DNA of 64,000 nt from Lama glama (Eukaryota). Position 1 is the first letter of the stretch. Each line of letters begins with the position of its first letter. The notes under the pieces are model-generated. The model was not told the DNA's origin. It did not search any database and was given only the letters and a program-made list of their open reading frames with translations. The translations under genes and the position numbers were made by a program. This document shows positions 61,061 through 64,000 of the stretch, piece after piece. The stretch covers positions 16,804,001-16,868,000 of the forward strand of contig CM052817.1 in NCBI GenBank assembly GCA_028534125.1, in the 5' to 3' direction.

Positions 61061-61664
61061 ACGGAGCAAAGCTCAGCTGAGACGTAAATCTCTGCTCACC
61101 TTCTCGTTTCTGAGAAGGGACGTGTTCAGGGAGAGAGCCTATCCCTTACAGCTGGGTCCTAAGGTCACGGCCAGGATGCTTGCCAGGGGGATTCCCAAGA
61201 AAATGTACATTGTTCATCGTATGAAAAGACGATGCTTTGTTCTCAAAGCCAGCTGAAGAACGAGAGGAAGGGAGAAAAGTCTTCCATTGAAACTCAAATC
61301 CTTCCTTTAGTCCCAGACTCCTCCCCACCATTTCCCCAATAATAAACCACATTTCCCGTTGTTCTCCTTTTCTGGGAACAGTTCTATAGGCGTCTCCCCC
61401 ACTGCTCAGAGCCCAGCTGTCTCAAGCTGCAGATGGTCTGGGCAGCGTCTGGCTGGAACACCTGTGGGGCCTCCAGGGCAACTCCTGGGACCTGCTAAGC
61501 ACTGAGATTGCTCCCCTCCTATAGAATGTGTCCTTGAACCCGGTTGAGCTTGTTCGTGAGTGACCCAAGGCAGCTGCAGAGGTATATCTGCTGTCATTCA
61601 AGGTCTCAAAGCTGGTCCAAGCCTAATTTTCCCTCCATCTCATCAAGATGTGAGGGTTAGGATA

Positions 61665-61880
61665 GAGCAGAGGAAGAAAAGTAAGACTCAAAACCAGGCA
61701 GGTCTGGCTTTCAGTCTTGTCTTTGCCACTTGCCTTGTGACCTTACATCTTTCTGAATTTCAGTATCCCCCTCTGTAGAAGGGGACAATGATGGTCTCTT
61801 GCAGGGTTGTTGTGAAGATTAAACCAGATAACGCATGATAATATATGAACGCCTAGGCCTTGAATAAATAGCAGCTACGC
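61665..61880 (+). mobile_element. MIR SINE
   Basis: tttgccact..tgtgacctt..ctctgtagaagggg..agggttgttgtgaagattaaa. Confidence 0.8.
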
Positions 61881-63337
61881 CCATGTTTGCTATCCCATGA
61901 GCCTTCCCGGGGTACTCCTTGGGGCCAGGGGCCCACTGTTTTCTAGGTGGTAGGAGGGAGGCGAAGGTGATGGGGCAGGAGGACTTGGAAGACTTTCAGA
62001 ACAAGACCCCAACTTCTCCTGCACTGGCCCCTGCCTCAGGCAATTCCATATCTGTGGGGACACTCCAAGGACTTCCCTTAGAAGGTTGTCCTAGATTTGA
62101 GGCTGATTCCTATCAGGTTGCTCTCAAAACCATCTCTTCCAAGATACCAGTGGTTCAAAGCAGTTCACTGATGTTCCCACGAGCTCATCCATAAATGGTC
62201 TTGCTTACCTGGGGACTGGTAATCCCTCCGGGGCTAGCCATGCCCTAGAGGGGATACTCCCCTGTGCCTGGGCACACCTGAACAGGACACATCCCCTCAG
62301 TTCTTCCCGAGTCAGCTGGTGCCATGATTGGTGGCTCCCAGGGCCCTCAGGAGAGGGAGGGGACTCGGCCAGCACTGATCACTGGAACTGATGCCCAGGG
62401 CAGCCCAAAGGCCTCCTCAGCCTCCCAGATCCCAGCACCCAGCCATGTTAGGTTAGGTCTGAGAAGACTTGATTGCACATCATCCTTATTGTCTATGCTA
62501 TGCTCTTGGCTCCTGGTGTCTCTCTGTGGAGTCTTCATGGTCCCAGATGGTTGCTTGAACTCCAATCATCACATCTGCAGTCTGCTTTCTTCCCAGCGGC
62601 CTCCCAACCAGAATGACCATTACTGAGTGTGTGGCTTATTGATGCATGTGGTGGTTTTAAACATGCCCACACATTCTATGACACTCTAGTGTAGAAAGGT
62701 AGAGGTCTGTGTCCCCTCCCCCTAACTCTGGGCCAGTATTTGTGACTCATTTGTAACCAATAACATGCAATGGAAGAGAGGCAGCATGACTCAGATCAGA
62801 CAGGTCATGCAACTTCCCTTTGGAACCCTAGGGACTCTGGCTCTCACAAAGTCACACCCCAGAATTACTATGCTGAAAAGGCACAGCACTGATAGAAAGA
62901 CCACTGGATGGAACTCAGAGGGCCCAATGCCAGACGGGGGTCTTTCTCTCTAGCCTGTCGGGGGGCAGCAGGGCCCACTGTTAAAGGGTGTGGGCTCTGA
63001 GGCTGAGGGCTGGCATTCACGAGCAACTTCGTCCACTCCCTGGCTGTGTGTCCTTACACAGGCCCCTGAACAATGGGAATAACTGTCGCCTCTACCTCAT
63101 AGAATTGACATGAAAATTAAATTGGCTAGTGCATGTGACAGGTTTAGAACCATGTTTCACTCAATATTTCCTTGTTTTCTTTACTTCATAGCACTGATCA
63201 TTTCCTGGAATTTTTGTATTTCCTCATTTGTGGTTCTCTCTCCACTAGAATGTGAGTGTATAGGGCAGGCACCATGGGTACCATCCCTACTTCTGTGTCA
63301 CTGCCACCTAAAAGAGTATCTGGCACATAGTAGGGCC

Positions 63338-63820
63338 TTGTATCAGTTTAGATCGGGGTTGGCTGTATGTAACAAATGAATTCATTTTAACAGTAGTTTA
63401 AATAGGTAGCAGTTTATCTCCCTCTCATGAAAAATGTCTGCAGATGTGCAGCCTAGGGAAAGTTATGTGGTGCTAACATCATCAGGGGCCCAAATTCCTT
63501 CTACCTGGCTACTCCGCTAGACTTACTGTGTCTACTTCATGGTCCAAGATGATTGCTTGAGCTCCAGCCATCACATTAGAATTCTGTGTTAAGAACAAGA
63601 AAGCACAGACATGTGTATTACTTCCCTTTTAAGGAAACTTTCCAGCAGTCCCACACAATAACTCAGCTTATACCTCAATGGCCTGACCTTACTGGGAGAT
63701 TACACCTAACTCCAAGCCCAGTTGGGAAAGTTAATCCATTGGAAGGGTGCCATTATTCCCAGTTAAAGACAAGGTTCTAAAAGAGACATGGAATATTGAG
63801 AAGAAACTAGCAGGGCTCAG
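63338..63820 (-). mobile_element. MLT1J/K-like MaLR LTR (after MIR ~62965-63155 and L2 ~63170-63337)
   Basis: tgtatcagttt..ggctgtatgtaaca..tcatggtccaagatg..gctccagccatcac. Confidence 0.75.
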
Positions 63821-64000
63821 TAAATCTCAGTCAGACAGATAAATGGTCCAAGAGCCTCCGCCTTTTCCAATCAAGTCCTAGGGGTCCTGCTGGACTGAAA
63901 GGCCAGTTGACCTGTAATTTGTGCCAGCCCTGCCTTTAGAAGGCTGTGACCGCTGCTTGATTGAGTGGGAGTCAGAAGGTAGGAGGCTGGGTCAGGAGAG

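Noticed and set aside
1..64000. CRISPR array, operons or prokaryotic systems
   Set aside because: Sequence is mammalian and has no repeat-spacer array; the short tandem repeats lack spacers.
1..64000. Assignment to a named gene locus
   Set aside because: I could not recognise any exon or conserved element well enough to name the locus.

Overview
Mammalian genomic DNA, very probably camelid (alpaca/llama/camel). The evidence is three copies of a tRNA-derived SINE matching the camelid Vic-1 family, artiodactyl-type L1 3' ends, and no Alu, B1, Bov-A/Bov-tA or PRE-1 that I could see. The window looks intergenic or intronic and is dominated by ancient interspersed repeats: MIR, L2, L1M, MaLR/ERVL LTRs, hAT-Charlie and Tigger MITEs, often nested. 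There is a 500-N scaffold gap at 2038-2537. I recognise no known protein-coding gene, and the ORFs in the supplied track look like noise or repeat-derived sequence. Non-repeat signals: (1) a small CpG-rich promoter at ~19.4-19.86 kb (CRE, CCAAT, GC box, G4); (2) three minus-strand candidate exons (17.6, 14.7, 8.8 kb) that splice in phase into a hypothetical 117-aa Ser/Pro/Thr-rich ORF; (3) a ~100-bp dispersed duplication whose hairpin arms are identical between copies; (4) enhancer-like islands at 46 kb (MEF2/GATA), 49.3-50 kb (ETS/NRF1/Z-DNA) and 51.3-52.4 kb (CTCF/RFX/NF-kB); (5) an LTR-borne CTCF motif at 30.25 kb. Repeat family names come from recalled consensus sequences and their boundaries are approximate. 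No database search was run.
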